Positions 1 to 15,449 of a stretch of 64,000 nt of DNA are shown piece by piece. The stretch spans positions 1,827,854 to 1,891,853 of the forward strand of contig CM082596.2 of the NCBI GenBank assembly GCA_040954595.2. Reading direction: 5' to 3'. The translations under genes and the position numbers were made by a program. How positions within the stretch are numbered: position 1 is the first letter of the stretch; each line of letters begins with the position of its first letter. The notes below the pieces were generated by a model that searched no databases, had not been told where the DNA came from, and worked only from the letters and a program-made list of their open reading frames with translations. This DNA comes from Balanoglossus misakiensis (lineage: Eukaryota; Animalia; Hemichordata).

Positions 1-3000
1 TTCCTACTTTTCCTCAGCTTACAGGCTCCGCCATTCTGTTTCATTCAGTTAAAAATGTAACATAATAGCGACTGCATCTTCAGAAGTTCTTCTGAAATCC
101 TATTAGAATGCTATTTTATCTGCACACAAAGTTGATCTGCAGTATAATCACGTAATCTTATTATTTCACAAACTTTCAGCTCATGCTTCTTATTGCCATG
201 ATTTTCTTCAGTACACTGAAAAATAATTTCCTGTGCGTGATTTGTGTACTTTTTCTGCTTCAGGCGACTTTGTCCGTGTTGCTTTCATGCTAATAAGGAA
301 ATAAATTTCTTTTCACTGGTTTAATAGTTCAGATGAAAGCAAAATTAAGGGGTAATACAGAGTACATGTATAATATTCCAAGATAAACAACAGCCTCTAA
401 AATATGAATAGGTTTATTCCTTGTAAATTGAGAACTCAGTTTTAACGTAGCAACGGTTTTAAGGTAGCAATGCCCTTTTGCGTAGTGATCTTTCAAGGTC
501 ACCCACTACATGTAGAAAACGTGGAAGCCCAACATGGTGAAACGATTTCAGACAACTCATTAAATTTAATCTGAAAACTTCATCAATATATCCATGCACA
601 ATCTTCACTCAACTTGCTTTCAGATAGATGGTTGTAAGGTTTCTTAAAGATTGCAAGAAAAACTGCAATGATATGAAAGGTATTGAGGTCACAATGCATC
701 AGCCTGGTTGATCAAAAACGTTGAAACTTGAGGCTTGAAGCACGCTTCCTTCATTGAGTCCGGACAATAACACTGAATGAGGACAACTTCAATCTTGATC
801 ACATTTATATACACACACCCAAATGAGCACATGTGGTTTGTATATAATCAACAACATGCTGAGCTGGCACCCTTTATTGTTGAAGTTTGGCTGTGTAGTG
901 TTTTGATTATACCATGTGTCTCAGCAGCATGTGGGTTAACCATTGCACACTTCAACAGATGGTCACTATAGCCGTGACCTTTCATGCTGGGTGAAGGTCA
1001 GATTCCATCTTTTGACTGCCGGAATCTCCAGGACACAAAACCTGCCCTGCAGTTCGACCCCCCCCCCCCCTCCCCCTCAATTCAAAAGTTGTTTTTATTC
1101 ACTATGTAAAGTCTGGACTCAAGGGACTAAAATTTTACCTTATCAGACTCTTTAAATGAAAACACTTCTGACAACTAACCTGCAAATATTGCCATGAGGG
1201 AGATTTTTTAATGGCTAGAAAATAATCAAAAGCATTAATCTGACAGTTCCTTTAAATAATTGGCAGCACACATCCCGAGAATTGAACGAAATGGCACATA
1301 CATCTTGATATGATAAAAATATTGGATATAAGCCAAGACATGGTGTTTCTATGAGCAGACACAGGGAAACATGTCGATCCAGGCTTAAAATGCTTTTAAT
1401 CTTCAATTATTGTGTTTCTATTAATTGACCTAAATTCAGTCAGTGATAATGACCCACTTCTCATCCAACATGTAATCCAGAGGCCTGACCTGAATCCAGG
1501 CTAGCACAAGGGATCATTTTCAGAGAATTTATGTATGTTTTCAGGGCATACGTATACAGTTTGTTTGATACATGACGTAAACATGGGTCTTCATATAATG
1601 GTTGACTTGATAATAAACAACCACCCAAGTATGGAGTATATTTGTAGTTCTGCATTTGGTCTTCAAAGCCCCTTGATGGCCAGGGGCAGGGTTCTGCTCA
1701 ATTGAGCGTACAGTCCATACGAGGAGAACAGTTTGACAGCTTCAATTGTGGGTTTTAAAGTGAAATTGTTGTCAGGGATAAACTGTCCTTCAGAAAAGTT
1801 CAACTGAGATGGAAATTTAGACAATCTTGTTTGTTTCCTTAGGCCTATCACCACCATGGTATGATCCAACTCCACTGTTCTCACATTGACAGGGCTAAAC
1901 CTCTATCTGACTTTAATAGTGCAATAACCACTTAATGTAATTTGATTTCCATTTCTTTTTATCCACTGGTTCCGATTTCCTAGACTGCAAAATATCAATA
2001 ACAAACAGAATTATTCAATTACACTCTGCCATTAAATTCATAGAGGGCATAACACAAACGCAGCATGAATGTTTCTTTAGAAATGCAATACATCCATGAT
2101 GTGAAACCATATATATATATGTACAGAATGATATCTGAAGTTCAGGTACCTTTCATATACAAATCAAATCACATCAAATGTACAGTGCACAAAGCTGCAA
2201 TGAACCGTGTCTTTTAACCAGCACAAGATGAATTCAACTGATACTAATCAATTTGAAAATGATACAACTTTTTCTCATTACACGTCCCCAATGTTCATCT
2301 AGGTTTCCCTCTCATTAAGTAGATTGAGAGAAAAAATTGTCCATGATATCTATACCTAACATGTACCTGACTAATTAGGAGATGCATATTAGAGAAATGT
2401 GAAACTCAATCTCTCAAGGATGGCTTTCCATTTCAATGTAACCGCACACGATCAACATAAAGGCAGTTGTCACTAATTTTCAAAATGACGATGAGACCAT
2501 GAAATTATGTTTGTTTAAATATACTGAATTCTTCAGAATAGGAATGAACTGTGAGTGCATGTCTTCTGATTTTTCCACTTGGCATGACCGTTGCCAAGTC
2601 GCCTAGGTTCAGTTGTCAGTTCAGACTTTCCTCCAACCAGAGCTGTCAATCATCCCTCGGCTGTCAGTTGCAACAAAGGAGTCGTCCTCACACTGCCATG
2701 TCTCTGTCACTATGTCAATTACCCAAGGCTTTCAGAATTCTCAACAAGCATCGATGAATGGCTCTTGAAATTCATGAAATCATTTTCACGTGGGAGGAAA
2801 ATGTCTATAGGCAGGAAGGCTAGGCTGGTGACAAAATGTAATCGCTGAGATGAATTCAGCAAAGGACAGTTACGTGTTTAACACAGAAGGAATCCTGCGT
2901 GTGGGGAATCAATTCTGTCTGCTTCATTATAACATCAATCTTTCACATCCCTGAAGCAGCTGGCCTTTTCAAGATGGGATAAAAAAAATTAAATCACTTT

Positions 3001-6000
3001 TTTTCATCGGCAAAATTTAATTTTTTCCTTCCAGATGTAGGATTTGGAAGCAATTCAAGCTATGTGACTTCAAAGTCCCCTTTCACTGAAAACTTGTTAT
3101 TGCAGTGCAAGGTTTGCAATCACAGTAACAAGCAAAACTGAAATATGTGTACATCTTCTTTGAACTAAATTGCCATGTTCATGATACACCTCAAACAGAC
3201 ATCACAACCTGAACCAGTCACTGGGCCCACAAATGATGCCCCCTGTATTCTCTGATCCACTGATTTCTTTGGCAAGAAATCAATTTCCAGAAATGGAGTT
3301 TGCGATGGATTCTGCAGATTAAACCATATTGTATGCCGGCATATCGCACACTCAATCTTCAAAATCCTGCAGCACGTAATGGGTAAAACAAAAATACCAT
3401 TTTCAATCAGAGTTTTGCAGTTAGTATGTCGACCATAATAGAATTATAGACCTTGTTGGGTCACACAAGATCAATAAATACTCTTGTTTAATATTTCCTA
3501 CATGGAATTTCACTAGTAATCCCTAGCAGCAGCAAATTAAATATCAGGTAGTAGTCATCTGTTTTATATGATCAAACTGTATGTAATCATGGATTTTTTT
3601 GTTTTAATGCAGTCAAAGATTGACTGCAGTTTGGAACATGAGTTTAAGGTTAAATGGAACATGCAATACGATTTCAATCACTGGAACAACCCCTCAATAC
3701 AAACAGCTGGTGAAAACATTTACAGCAGACAAAGTTGGAAATGAAATGAAATTACTTTGATGGCTGAAACAGGTGTTTGAACATCTGGTTTATAATAACA
3801 TTGATGTCATTTCCGGCTGATTGATGAGTACATGTACCATCATAGACCCTAGGTCTATGGTACTGTGTAATGGCCGTGAAGTTTTGGATGGAATCCAATT
3901 CAATTAATAGTGTTATCGCATCGCCTTGTCAGTGTAATTGACCGTGCATAGGAGTGGTACCCAATTAATTGTTGCTTTGAAGGCAAACTTTGACTCCTGT
4001 TCATGAGCTACATAAATGTACCTCAGCCTCATAAATGGTGGGATAGCTCATAAGACGCATAAGACACAGAGTATCAAAACTTATTTATTGATTGATTCTT
4101 GGTCTTCCACTATTTTTCTTTCCTAAAGCAGTGTGTTTGATATTCGCACTTAGCAGTGTAATCTCCACATCTATCTATTTCCCAGTGTCTTCCTGGCTTG
4201 ACCTCTGTACAGAATACACCTGAATTGGATCAATATTGGTCAACATAATGGCCCTCAATCACCTGTACCAGGGGTTGGCAGGTCAAACGTCAGAGTGATT
4301 ACAGAATAGCAAATGGTTCAAAACAAACATTCAGCCTGCCCTCTCTATTCACGGCCTGTTTACACACACACTTCATGAAGTACGTACTACAAATGTAGAT
4401 TTATCAAAGTAGTATTCTTTCAAGTTTCATGAAAATTATCCAAAATTGTATCCCAATAACTGTCAGGTGGTATAATTCATAAACGCACAGACATTGTATG
4501 GTCCACCAGGCATTAACTTTAGTGCTTGCAGCATGAAACTGCACCACAGGGAATATCGTCAGAACAAAATGAAAACGACTTTAATATTAATGAAAAATGA
4601 CAATGTATTACGTCTTGTCCATATCGATATTTATTCAGATGAATAACAAGTAGGTCAGGTCAACTAACGTCAGAAGAATAAACACAATTTATTAGAGGCA
4701 GATGAGAACTGTCATTTATTGTTCACACCTAAATATGTATTGCAATTTGTGGTAATTCTGCCTTCAGAGAACAGTAAAATTGTATCATGTACATTTAGAT
4801 AAAGGTCCCACATCATGACATGATATCATGGTGAAAATTTCATCACATATGGCTACACTCTCATTCTGTGGTAAAAAGTCTTCCACGAGAAAAGAGTAAA
4901 TCGCAGATCAATATTGGCCGGGGTATAGCTAAAAGAGCAATTATAGATATCCGGTACATTGGCATCAGTCTGCATTTGCTCCAGTTATGTTGGGAAGGGT
5001 TGCGAAGGAGGAAAATGCAGACAAGTGCAAATTGTACGCACTCCAATTTTCATCAGTTCATCTCCAGACAGTACTTCAGTTTCGTTTCTGCCTCTGGTCT
5101 TCGCCTAGAGTCTACAACTACTTCAGTCGCCGAGCGAGGCTTAGAGTACTATGAACATACAAGCACATGAAACACTCAACTAGGGCTGACAGAATAATAT
5201 CTCCCTGCAATGCCTGGATTCCCTTCGCAGTTTAATCTTCCAGAAAAGTGGCTTGGATGATTGATAAGCCAATCAATTCTGGGCAGAGTTGTTCCCCACC
5301 TCGACCATTACAGGATGGTGACACGCTAATGAAATTTGGTACATGTACCTGTGAATTAGTTACAGCAAAAACCTTGGCCGCATGGCCAACTGTGATTAAC
5401 GCCATGAATCAAAGACTTTGAATTCCTACTGAATATTGATTCCCACTGTGAAAACAAATCACATTTCATCCATCTCTTGCCATCAGCCACGTTCCATCGA
5501 AAATTCACCAATCTCTGGAACAGCAATATTTTCTTGAGGTGATCAAGTGATGAATTCCAACAGAAATGCCTGTTGACAGCAAAATTTACGATCACTTCAG
5601 AATTTATCAATCTGCACATGCATGTAGAGTATTATCGAGAGAGACTCTTCAGCATTATTTATAAGGATATTTTCTTTCGCTCCTTTGTGTGTGTTTGAGT
5701 GCATGAAAGCGTACTCATACATCCATAACTGTAACTGAAACATCTACTATATTGACCATTAATGTTGGGGGATCTTATTACAATTCTAATTTCTGAATAT
5801 CTTCAGATCGAGGATAGTATTTCTACCGATTTAATCAACTTCTAAAAGACACTGTATTTTTATTTCGTGCTTCACGTTGAAATGCCCACTATTTTATTTT
5901 GCAAACAACATGCAGATGTATAGCCAGCAGTGATTGTTAAAAAAACGGAAGTGTACGACCTCATTATATTTATCAAGCATAGCTTCCTTGCGTTCTGTGG

Positions 6001-9000
6001 TGATGCCAATTTGTTGTTGTAACGTCTCCTCCAACACTTGTCAGATGCAGGACTCTGATAAAATACTTGTCCTCGATAACTCATCTGCTGCGAGGACCAT
6101 ATTCTGACAGTTGCAAACTATGCTTCTGAACACAACGGGCAGTGAGTGCAAACAAATCAATGAAGTGGTCAGTGAAGTGGTCATTGTTGTGGGTCAGATG
6201 TGGAGAATATGTGAATACAGTCGGTTTCCTGCTTTGAAGTGCAGGTGAACTCGAGTGTTTGGACACTATGCGCATTTTAACAGTCACATCTCCCCAGGGC
6301 AAGGATTGATAATTGTGATACACGATGGCTCTACATTGGCAAGCATGCACTAAGGTTTCGTGCAGGTTTCAGTCAAGAAATATACATACTAGCACTGATC
6401 AGCTTCACTGAGATGAACTGTACATTTTAACAGCAGTTGTGAGTCAGAAATAATTAACATAAAATGATTCTGCTCCATACATGTGCGTTAGAAAAAAAAA
6501 TAATCAGGACAAATTGAATACAGACATGCAATATACATTATGCATATGTATGACAAATATGCGGTGATAAATTACGAGATATTGTTTATTACCAATTTAT
6601 TTCAAATAAGTACAGTATTAGAATCATATTTCTTGCCAGATTACTTTGCATTTTATATCATTATGTTAGAGGAAATTTGTCCATATTTCATCGTCAATAG
6701 AAACAAATGATCAGTAGGAGATACAGGAAAGAAATCAGTGAATTTCAATGATTAAAACAGGGCACAAATGTACTCCAGGAACCTCTGAGGATTAAGGAAG
6801 TCGATTTTCCTCCAAGGCAGGTCAGAGTTCAAAACATTCACAAACCTTCCGCGCCTTTCACGGGTGCTAATGATTTTTATGTCTTTGAGTTATGCCTAAC
6901 AGTTGCCAACACAGTCCACTGCAACTTTACATCAAAGACTACTAAATATTTGCATGAAATATTGAATTTTGATTTCGAATTAATAATGCATGCTGGCAAT
7001 TTCTTGCAGCGATTCCGGAACTCTCATCATCAATGTTTTATGCGTTGTGTGCAGATCGCTGTAAAGAGTACATGTAACATTGATTTCTTTTGCAAATACG
7101 CAACATCACCCAGACTGACTTCTGTAATCTGTTTTATCACCCCAAGGACACACCAACAAATATATATTTTATTTTCCAATTACCGTAATTGAAAAAGGTG
7201 ATTCTAGTCAAACATACTGTTTTTCTGCTCAGAGACATTCGTGTACTATATAGACGAATCTACTCTGGAAGATTTTTCGTTAGTTAAACAGTACAACCAA
7301 ATCAAGAAAAGCTGATAAGCTTCCATGGAAACATAGAGTTTTTTTTAAAACAAGGGCTCTTGTTCTCCTTAAGAACGTAAGAACCCTAGATACGAATTCA
7401 AGATTCGGTGGTTCATGGCTACAAATCTCTTTTAGTTGACAAGCAATGTCAGCAATATAGTAGACAAGTGAATTTTTGTGGCGACACGCAAATGTACACA
7501 GATCTACCATTGAAGTAAACACAGCAATGCTGTCATTACGTGGATTGGTTTTCCCTGCAGAGTGGACCTTTCAGTCTAGGGTCAGTGAAAATACAGTATC
7601 TGGGCTTAGTCAGGACAGAGCGATCAGATTTCTTGGGCTGTAGGGTCACTGTATACATATGCCTTGAAATCTTATCCATCTATGCATCCTTGCTCCTCCA
7701 GGCCTGGGATAAAATCTGCACAGGATCGCCTGTAGCACCTTGAAAAGACTTAAATCTCACAGGTTACAAATTTAAACTCAAGAAAAGTTGCTATAAAACT
7801 GGCCTATCAACACTGTTGTAATACATGTACATATGTTGGCTGGCTTACTGTACTAAGAAGAGTTAAATGAAAACTTGCACATATGGCTGGGCATACCACA
7901 CATACCAACGAAATAACCCCACATTGGTGGTTTTCTGCTCTAGGAAATAATACATTTGCTAAAATTAGCTTGCCTGGCTGGCAACCACACACGGGTGATT
8001 AAACAAACACTCTCTGGACCAGTCAAGCAAGTTTGCCTATACTGTGTGTGACCCACATTCTGGGGTTTTGCCTGCATTCCAACGGACTGAGTTGCCAGGC
8101 CCGGAAAACCACAGGTCCACTGGAGAACTGTCTTTAACCACAGGCCTCTTTGCAGCAACTGCTGTGTTCGTTACCGAGCGTAGAATCGTGAAGCGAAAGT
8201 ACATATTGTAAGCTCTGGCTGACAAAAATTCTTGGGACTGAATTCACGATTGCATGTCTCTCGCTGACAAGCTAGTGGGTTATTTGGTACCACAAGATCA
8301 GCAGGAGTGAAATTTTTTTCCAAGCGCACTTTTACGCTGCAAATTTGAGATTCTATGAAGTGAGAAGTAATGGACTTCCACTCATAAAACTGGTTCTCTT
8401 ATATCAGGAACTGGCAAGATTTGACTGCTGATGGTTGTGTAAAACTGTCAGAAGCGTTCTGATTTATACGCAAGACATCAAGCGAAGTAACTGGAGTATT
8501 TATGACCTACACTTCCATTCTTCAGATAACCTCCTAGATAAACTTGACCAATTATACCATTAGCATCCAATTTGTCCAATTAGACCTTCAGGAATTAGAC
8601 ACAGTAGCACTCAGTAGCTGGAAGTTTTCATCTTCTGTTTCTTTCAAAGTTGTTTCACCGTGTATCAACTCAAAAATCAAATCAAATCAAGACATTACTA
8701 ACCACGGCATACACTTTATTGCTTGGGAGTGAAGAACTTTGATGGACGTAATATTATCTATGTTAGATACTAGATTCAACTTATCTCTCCATCTTCTTTG
8801 GATGTTCCTTCTCATAGTAAGGAGACATTTTCCCTCAAGGCAAATTTGCAGAAAATTCCCTTTCCAGGAAACTCCAGACCCCCAAGTGACCACTGTGTTT
8901 GCCAAGCTTTGCATGCAGCTCGATAACCTGCCACTGTTCGGCTTAGAGTGAAAACACTTCATCAATGGACGTAACATTACATTCCAATCCCCTCTAAATC

Positions 9001-12000
9001 AGCGATAATAGATCTCAGATCTGGTGTAAAACCAGTCACATAATTCATCTCAATGTGATAAAAGACAACCAGGCTGAACATGACTTGAATACCAAGAACC
9101 GTGCATACATCATCGGAAAATACTGAAGTCATGGCTGTGTTTGAGACTGCTCAAACACCCATAGCTCTCCTTCTCAAAGGATTTTGAGGTCTGTTTAACA
9201 TCTAAATCAGAATTTTTGATGAAAAGGCCTCCAGCAGAGAAACCTCATATAACTGGTCAATGTGATGTTCCATTAGTGAGGTTAATGTCCGATCAGCCAA
9301 TCAGAGGATCCCTTACTGTGCTCAATTCCATGAGATGCCATTTCAAAGAGTGAAAATCACTCTTCACTAAATGTACAGTATATAATGTTGTTATCATCAG
9401 CATGGATGTGGTCCAAGCCAATACCTGCAGATGTTTGATAAGCTGAGACCCCCAGTGTTTTATTGTATATATCCAACACACCCATCAAATGTAGTCACTG
9501 GCAGCGAAAATGGGTGAAAATCACTGGCGTCCTGAAGGGCAATCAGACACATAACACCACTTGCAGTTTATCAGCAGTTTACACACACTATTTATCAGCA
9601 TGTGGTCAGGAATTTATCCTGATACCCTCAACAGTGACCTGGCAAGCTGCCTCCATGCTAGATTTTATCAGATCCACTCCGAGGTCAAACACTAACTGTC
9701 AGCCATTACTTTCCAAGCACCCATCTGGGTCAACTTTAGTTCATTCTTTGAAAGTGCATGCAATTGAGTGCAATCCCAGGTGTTCTGCTATGCAAGTGCT
9801 GAACTTTATAGCAGATGAACTACGACATCTTTCTGCCAAACAACTGGGGCAGCATAACACCACATCTTTAAATACAATTAGTGATATACGATTGTATCCA
9901 GGTGCCTTGGCAGATGCATTTGATTAAACAGAGCCAGACATTCTATCTATCTCAGCCCAACAAGATGACAATGTACACAACATCCAAGACAACATCTTGT
10001 TTAATGTGGGCTGTATACATGTATTCAAACCCCAACCTCACTTCTTGCATACATTTTTTCTGACAGCCCACTTATCTTAAAAGTGGTCCCAGCACTGCAA
10101 GATCACTCAGATACATTCTCCATCTTGTCTCCCCCGACAATAAAAACATTGATGTTAGATAGTTTCATCCATCATTATCTGCTGCATTCAGGTGTACCAG
10201 TACGTTGTGATACATCACTTTGAGTCGCTCTGAGTACACTTGTCCAACAATACTTTGGTCAGTCATGTTTCCAGACAGGCTGACTCGTATCTCAAGGGTA
10301 GGCAAGTGCAAATCCTTATCTAAGCAAATACTCAAAGCTTGGATGATTGTTGCTTTGTGTGCCAAAGTCAAGGTCTGACTTTATATGGCACAAGTATTCA
10401 TACAAGGAACTTTAATCTATGTCTGAGAAAAACCTGGTAAAGTTGGCCTCTTGACAGATCCAGAATGTCCACGTGCAAATATTCTTACATCACAGTGCCA
10501 AATATAAACCTAAACTGTTATTCAACCTCTGTGATACTCTGCATTCCTGGGTGTAATGAGGCAAGTGTGAGTTACCTAATGAACTGATACGATGATCAAC
10601 AGCACTGATATTCTGTACAGCAATACCTATGGCCTGGAAGAAATGATTACACTAATGGCCCTTGGAATAGCATCAGGATTTTCACTAAATTAAACATCAC
10701 AATAAGTTTAATTTTTTCACTTGAAACCAAGAAATTACACTAACATGTACAAACTGTCTTTCTGTCCCTCCCTCCCTCCCTCCCTCCTTCATATTCAAAG
10801 TATCCTCTCAACTATTAAAACTATCCAAACATCACTTCTCCACATTCATCAACTGCAGCTGTTGCACCAGAGAACTTCCATGTGTTGCCGCTCACAAAGA
10901 CAAATAATTTTTCGTGGAATCAATTTCCGAACTGAAAACAATCCCTGAGAGGGTTCCTGACCTAAAACACAATTTCCAGCAGTTTCTGTCATCCAATACA
11001 CCCTGGAAAATTACCCGACACAGTAGCCAGACATCGCAGACAAGCTGTGATGCAATTTCCAATTTAATTAAGGGGAAGCATGCTGGAACTGTATCCTATC
11101 CCATATTTCCATGGTTCCAGTCGGAAGTGTACGCACAAAACCAGTGGGAGCAGACTCAGGAACTAGATCAAGTCTCCCGGTTATTACGCACTCGTCGCAC
11201 CCTTCAATCTGTCCATTCTGAAGTTTGCCACTGTCAGTTACGTTTTCTAACAAACTGAGTCACTCATAATCAAACCAGGTCACTGAAGTTGAGCAAACTG
11301 TTAGCATTACCACCACAGATGTATTAGTCATTCTGCCAACACAGCCGTGTCTATCAACACCGATGTAGCCACAGTTATTAAACTTTGACAAAGAGTGAAT
11401 CATAAATTGATCTGAAACTATTAACACTTCCGGCGCCATGTTAGTTTTATATAATCACAGCCACTGAAATTCATTTTTACAGAAAAGTTAGAAAATCAAC
11501 ATATAATTTAAACATTTACTCAGAAAGAAAGTAATCCCAAATGTGATAGTATTTTACCAAGTACATTGGAAATCATTTTCTTTTCAAGAAAATTATCAAG
11601 TACTCTTATTAGTCACTTAAAGCATGAGTCTCTGTTTCAATCAGAGAAGCATACAAAGGTTCTGAGAATCTCCAAACAGCCTTGGGGGAAATGTACATTG
11701 ACATGAACATAATGCCAACACTATCCTGACTATACATTGTAATCCATGCAGTCGTCTGAAATGATGAGTAGTGGTTTTGTAATCTTGAGTTGACTATTGT
11801 ATAGTTTTCAAACAGATAAACCAAGCAGGGATTGTGGATAAGCTGCTTTTCAGCCCATATATCCTCTTATAGCAAAGGTCATAAATGAGTGTACATTGTC
11901 CAATCACAACTTCAGGAAAACTGTTTGAAAACATGATCATTCTTTATTTGGTTGGTGGAGTACATTACATCAAACAAGTCAGGGTTGATTCTTCCTCACT

Positions 12001-15000
12001 GTCAAACTTTATTCAGTGAAGGAAATTATACTGCGTGCGGCTAAAATGATGGATTATTCAGTGGGAATACAGCAACATTCCCCAAAATAAACATGTACTC
12101 TGGTATATTAAGACTTAAGTATACCATCAATTAAGGCCATTCCAATATGTCAAAGCTGTAGGGTACAGATTTTCTGATTGGGCCACAACATCGCTCATAA
12201 TAATTCTCTGCCATCAGCAAATCTGAAATGCGTTTCACGTTGTACGTTTTGCAATCATTTTGTTGCATCCACATCTTTTTATGATCCATGAAATGAAATA
12301 GTCTCATCATACTGTTTTTATACTGCCATGGAAAAATATTCATTACTCTCCAATGTATAAATTTGTATACTGATTTACAATTTTTCGTACATAAATTGTG
12401 CAAATTGTGCTTCATCACTAATCCACATTCTAAATTTGTATTATATTTAGTAATCAAAACATATTCTAGTCTGTGTGAATGTTTAACATCTGTGTTGATA
12501 TTTTCACATACAATGAACCCGACACATGAAGTGTTTACAGCCCTGGCGCCAATCAGTTATAACAGCAGGATCAATATCCATTTCTCGTCCCCCCCCCCCA
12601 CGTTTGTCGTCAGTTGATAATTCTGTTCTTTATCTCAATACTGCAGCCCCTAAGCTAAGAGTTGAAGGTAGTAGATGAAACAGCTGTGGTTGGCGAGTCA
12701 TTGTCAATGCAGAAAACATTAGATGCACCTGGTTGTCACTTGTGCTGAAACTTTTCCAGTTTACGTTGTAGTGATCTCATCTGATGACAGATGGAAATTC
12801 GAAACAAAAAAACTGAGACATCTGTCAATACACAGCACAACCTTGCACCAAGAGATCAACACCACAGCCTTCAAGTCAAAGTCAAGGCTATGCCATTACT
12901 TAAGAAACAGTGAAAACAAACTCAACTGAAATCCGGCCAGCATAGTGCATATACAAATATTTTTGTGATACTGGATGCCTTCATGAATAGAAATATGCAT
13001 GTAAATAAATTCTTAATATTTAAGATATGTCATACCGAAAATACCAAGAGAGCCTGCAATTAAGCGGGACTATCCAGTAAACATGAACACAGATAAAAGT
13101 GCCAGTAATGCAAAGGTATCCTTGATGCACATAGTAAGCTAAATATATCTGGACAAACTGGCTGGAAGTGACTATTCAGGATCGCAGTCAAGCACATTTA
13201 AATTACAATGTCTGCATGAACAAAAGTTCACTTTGCAGACAGCAGCACACTTGTACAAGTACATGTACCTACAGGCACAATAACATAATATAATTTATCG
13301 CTGACTCGGTCATTTTGTCAAGGACGGGTAACCCTGGTAACAATGTAAAGTAATGCCATTGGCACAAATTTAAATACATTAAATTTTTGCAGAAGCTTTT
13401 AAAGGGTGCTTGAGAATAAGGGCATGCCTTATTGGTCTTTTGGGGCTGAGTTTTCACATTGTGTATTTCTTGTTTTGTTTTTAGAATGGCCTAGATTACA
13501 TCCCTTAAGTGGGTTAAATCTTATTACAGTGAAATAATGGTTTACACTAGAGGTAGAGTTCTACCAGTACCTAAGCTCGAGGGAATTCAAGAATTAGATT
13601 TGTACCACTTCAGTTCTATAAATTTTGTATGGAGCCACAAGTGATTGTTCTGCAGGTGTTGACTTAGAATTCTGAGTTCTCTGGAAAAATAACACGGTTC
13701 TTTGTGGAGTAACCGCAATCCTGTTGGCTTTTTCACAAAGTTAAAGTATTTACCGGAAGTTTGGCAACCGCATGAAAACACACCCGAAGAAAGAGTCTTT
13801 GCAGAGGTGGTGGGGTGAAATAACTGGCCCTTTCAAAGTCTAAGAATGCTGTCTGCTTACAGAAGTGGTGTACATTAACACTGATAACGTAAATCTGTCA
13901 CTTGGGTCACTTTGGGTCTCTTTATATACAGATGCCAGGTTTAGCAACTGAGCGAATTCTGACAGAAGGTCGAGAATTCATATTTTGCTTTTGGATTGAT
14001 AATTTTCTGTGAGTGCATTTCTGGAATTGTTGTACGTGGCTGGGGTGTAACCCTCTGTCTTACAAGCCGCAGGAAAATTTGATCAAAATCAACTTCACAC
14101 TGACAAGTGATTTTTCATCTGATGAAATTAATTAAATAAATAACTAGAGTTGTCTACTCTGCAGGGTGCTTGACACCTTGATTCTAATTTTATTTTAAAC
14201 TCTGCTACAATATTTTGATGAATAATATCACATTAGTCTCAACAAAAGACACAATCATATTAAAAATTTAAATCTGGTGCATAATTGAAGTAATCAATTA
14301 ATATAAGTCTAAGTGGATTAAAATTGAAAACCTCTGCAGTTTTCGATTAGGACTTTATTCAGGGTTGTTTTGTCACCAAAGTAATTCACAGACTGATCTG
14401 TTATTTACATTACCATATTGATGGCTTTACCAGATTGAAATCAATAACCATCTGAAAGTTGAACTGAGGGACAAGGTTAGAACTATTGTGTCCGAAGCCC
14501 AACTGTCAACATATTCATTTTATCTTTCTTTTTCCCCCTCTGTTGTAAACACAGCAAACATGATTTCCGTTTAGAAACCTTAACCATCAACAGTTCTCAA
14601 ACGAGAAATGGCAATTTAAAAAATCAAGTATGAGCTTAAACTACAAAATCAGTATATAGAACTCACAACTAATTGTGTACAATATTATTACATAATAACA
14701 TTAAACCAAAGATTGTAATATGTTGCATTTAAACTTTCTTTAATCCAAGCGCTAGTTTCAACCATCACGTTGATTTCAGTATGGCCCACTTATGCAGAGT
14801 AGCTAGAACTTTCCTTTTGTTGTAATCTGACCGGATCGTGTGAAATGGAACATTAGTATGATTACACTTAGGTCTAATCACATCTTTTCCACTTCCTTAA
14901 TGTGAGATTATCAATAAATCAATGGCAGCTTTCTGCATTACTACAGTAGAGAGGTTCTAAAGGTATTTTTTGTAGATTCTGCCTGGCAATATGTGATAAG

Positions 15001-15413
15001 ATGGATCTCAAAGAAATTAATTGACCTTTCCTGGTTTTTGAAGTGGCATTGATGGAAACTGTTAGGCAAATGATGGAGCATGTGTACACCAGTAAGACTT
15101 GGGGATTTCAGAAGCTGGCCTCGGTAAACCAGTTTTTAATATGTTGTAAATCTTTGAATGATGAATTTATGAGAATGGTCACTCAGCATTCCTTCACTCC
15201 ATTGAGGTAGGAGCAGAGAAAGTAATGTTAATTCTAAATTGAAAACCCATGTTCTCCTGCTTTGTGAGTGCCATTACTGTCAAGCGAGCTTTTTTGCGAA
15301 TCGCAAACTGCTAGTGCTGTGATGCAAAAGGGTTAAAACTTCACTTGTAGTACTTGAATGGCTTCTAAATGACCTGGATTGGAACGCACAATCACCATAC
15401 CCCGATAAAACAA

Positions 15414-15449
15414 TAAGGGGGCGTGTCCCAATTAAGGGGGCGTGTCCCA
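15414..15449. repeat. 17-bp direct repeat TAAGGGGGCGTGTCCCA x2 (each copy contains an Sp/KLF-like GGGGCGTG)
   Basis: Copies at 15414-15430 and 15433-15449, in the alpha-catulin first intron. Confidence 0.6.

Noticed and set aside
3841-3859. Short hairpin CATAGACC-CTA-GGTCTATG
   Set aside because: Only an 8-bp stem and a single copy in the window; insufficient to call an element.
9463-11258. 154-aa and 114-aa ORFs in the alpha-catulin intron as a nested gene or transposon ORF
   Set aside because: No recognisable RT, transposase or other motif; non-ATG starts; no coherent splice chain.
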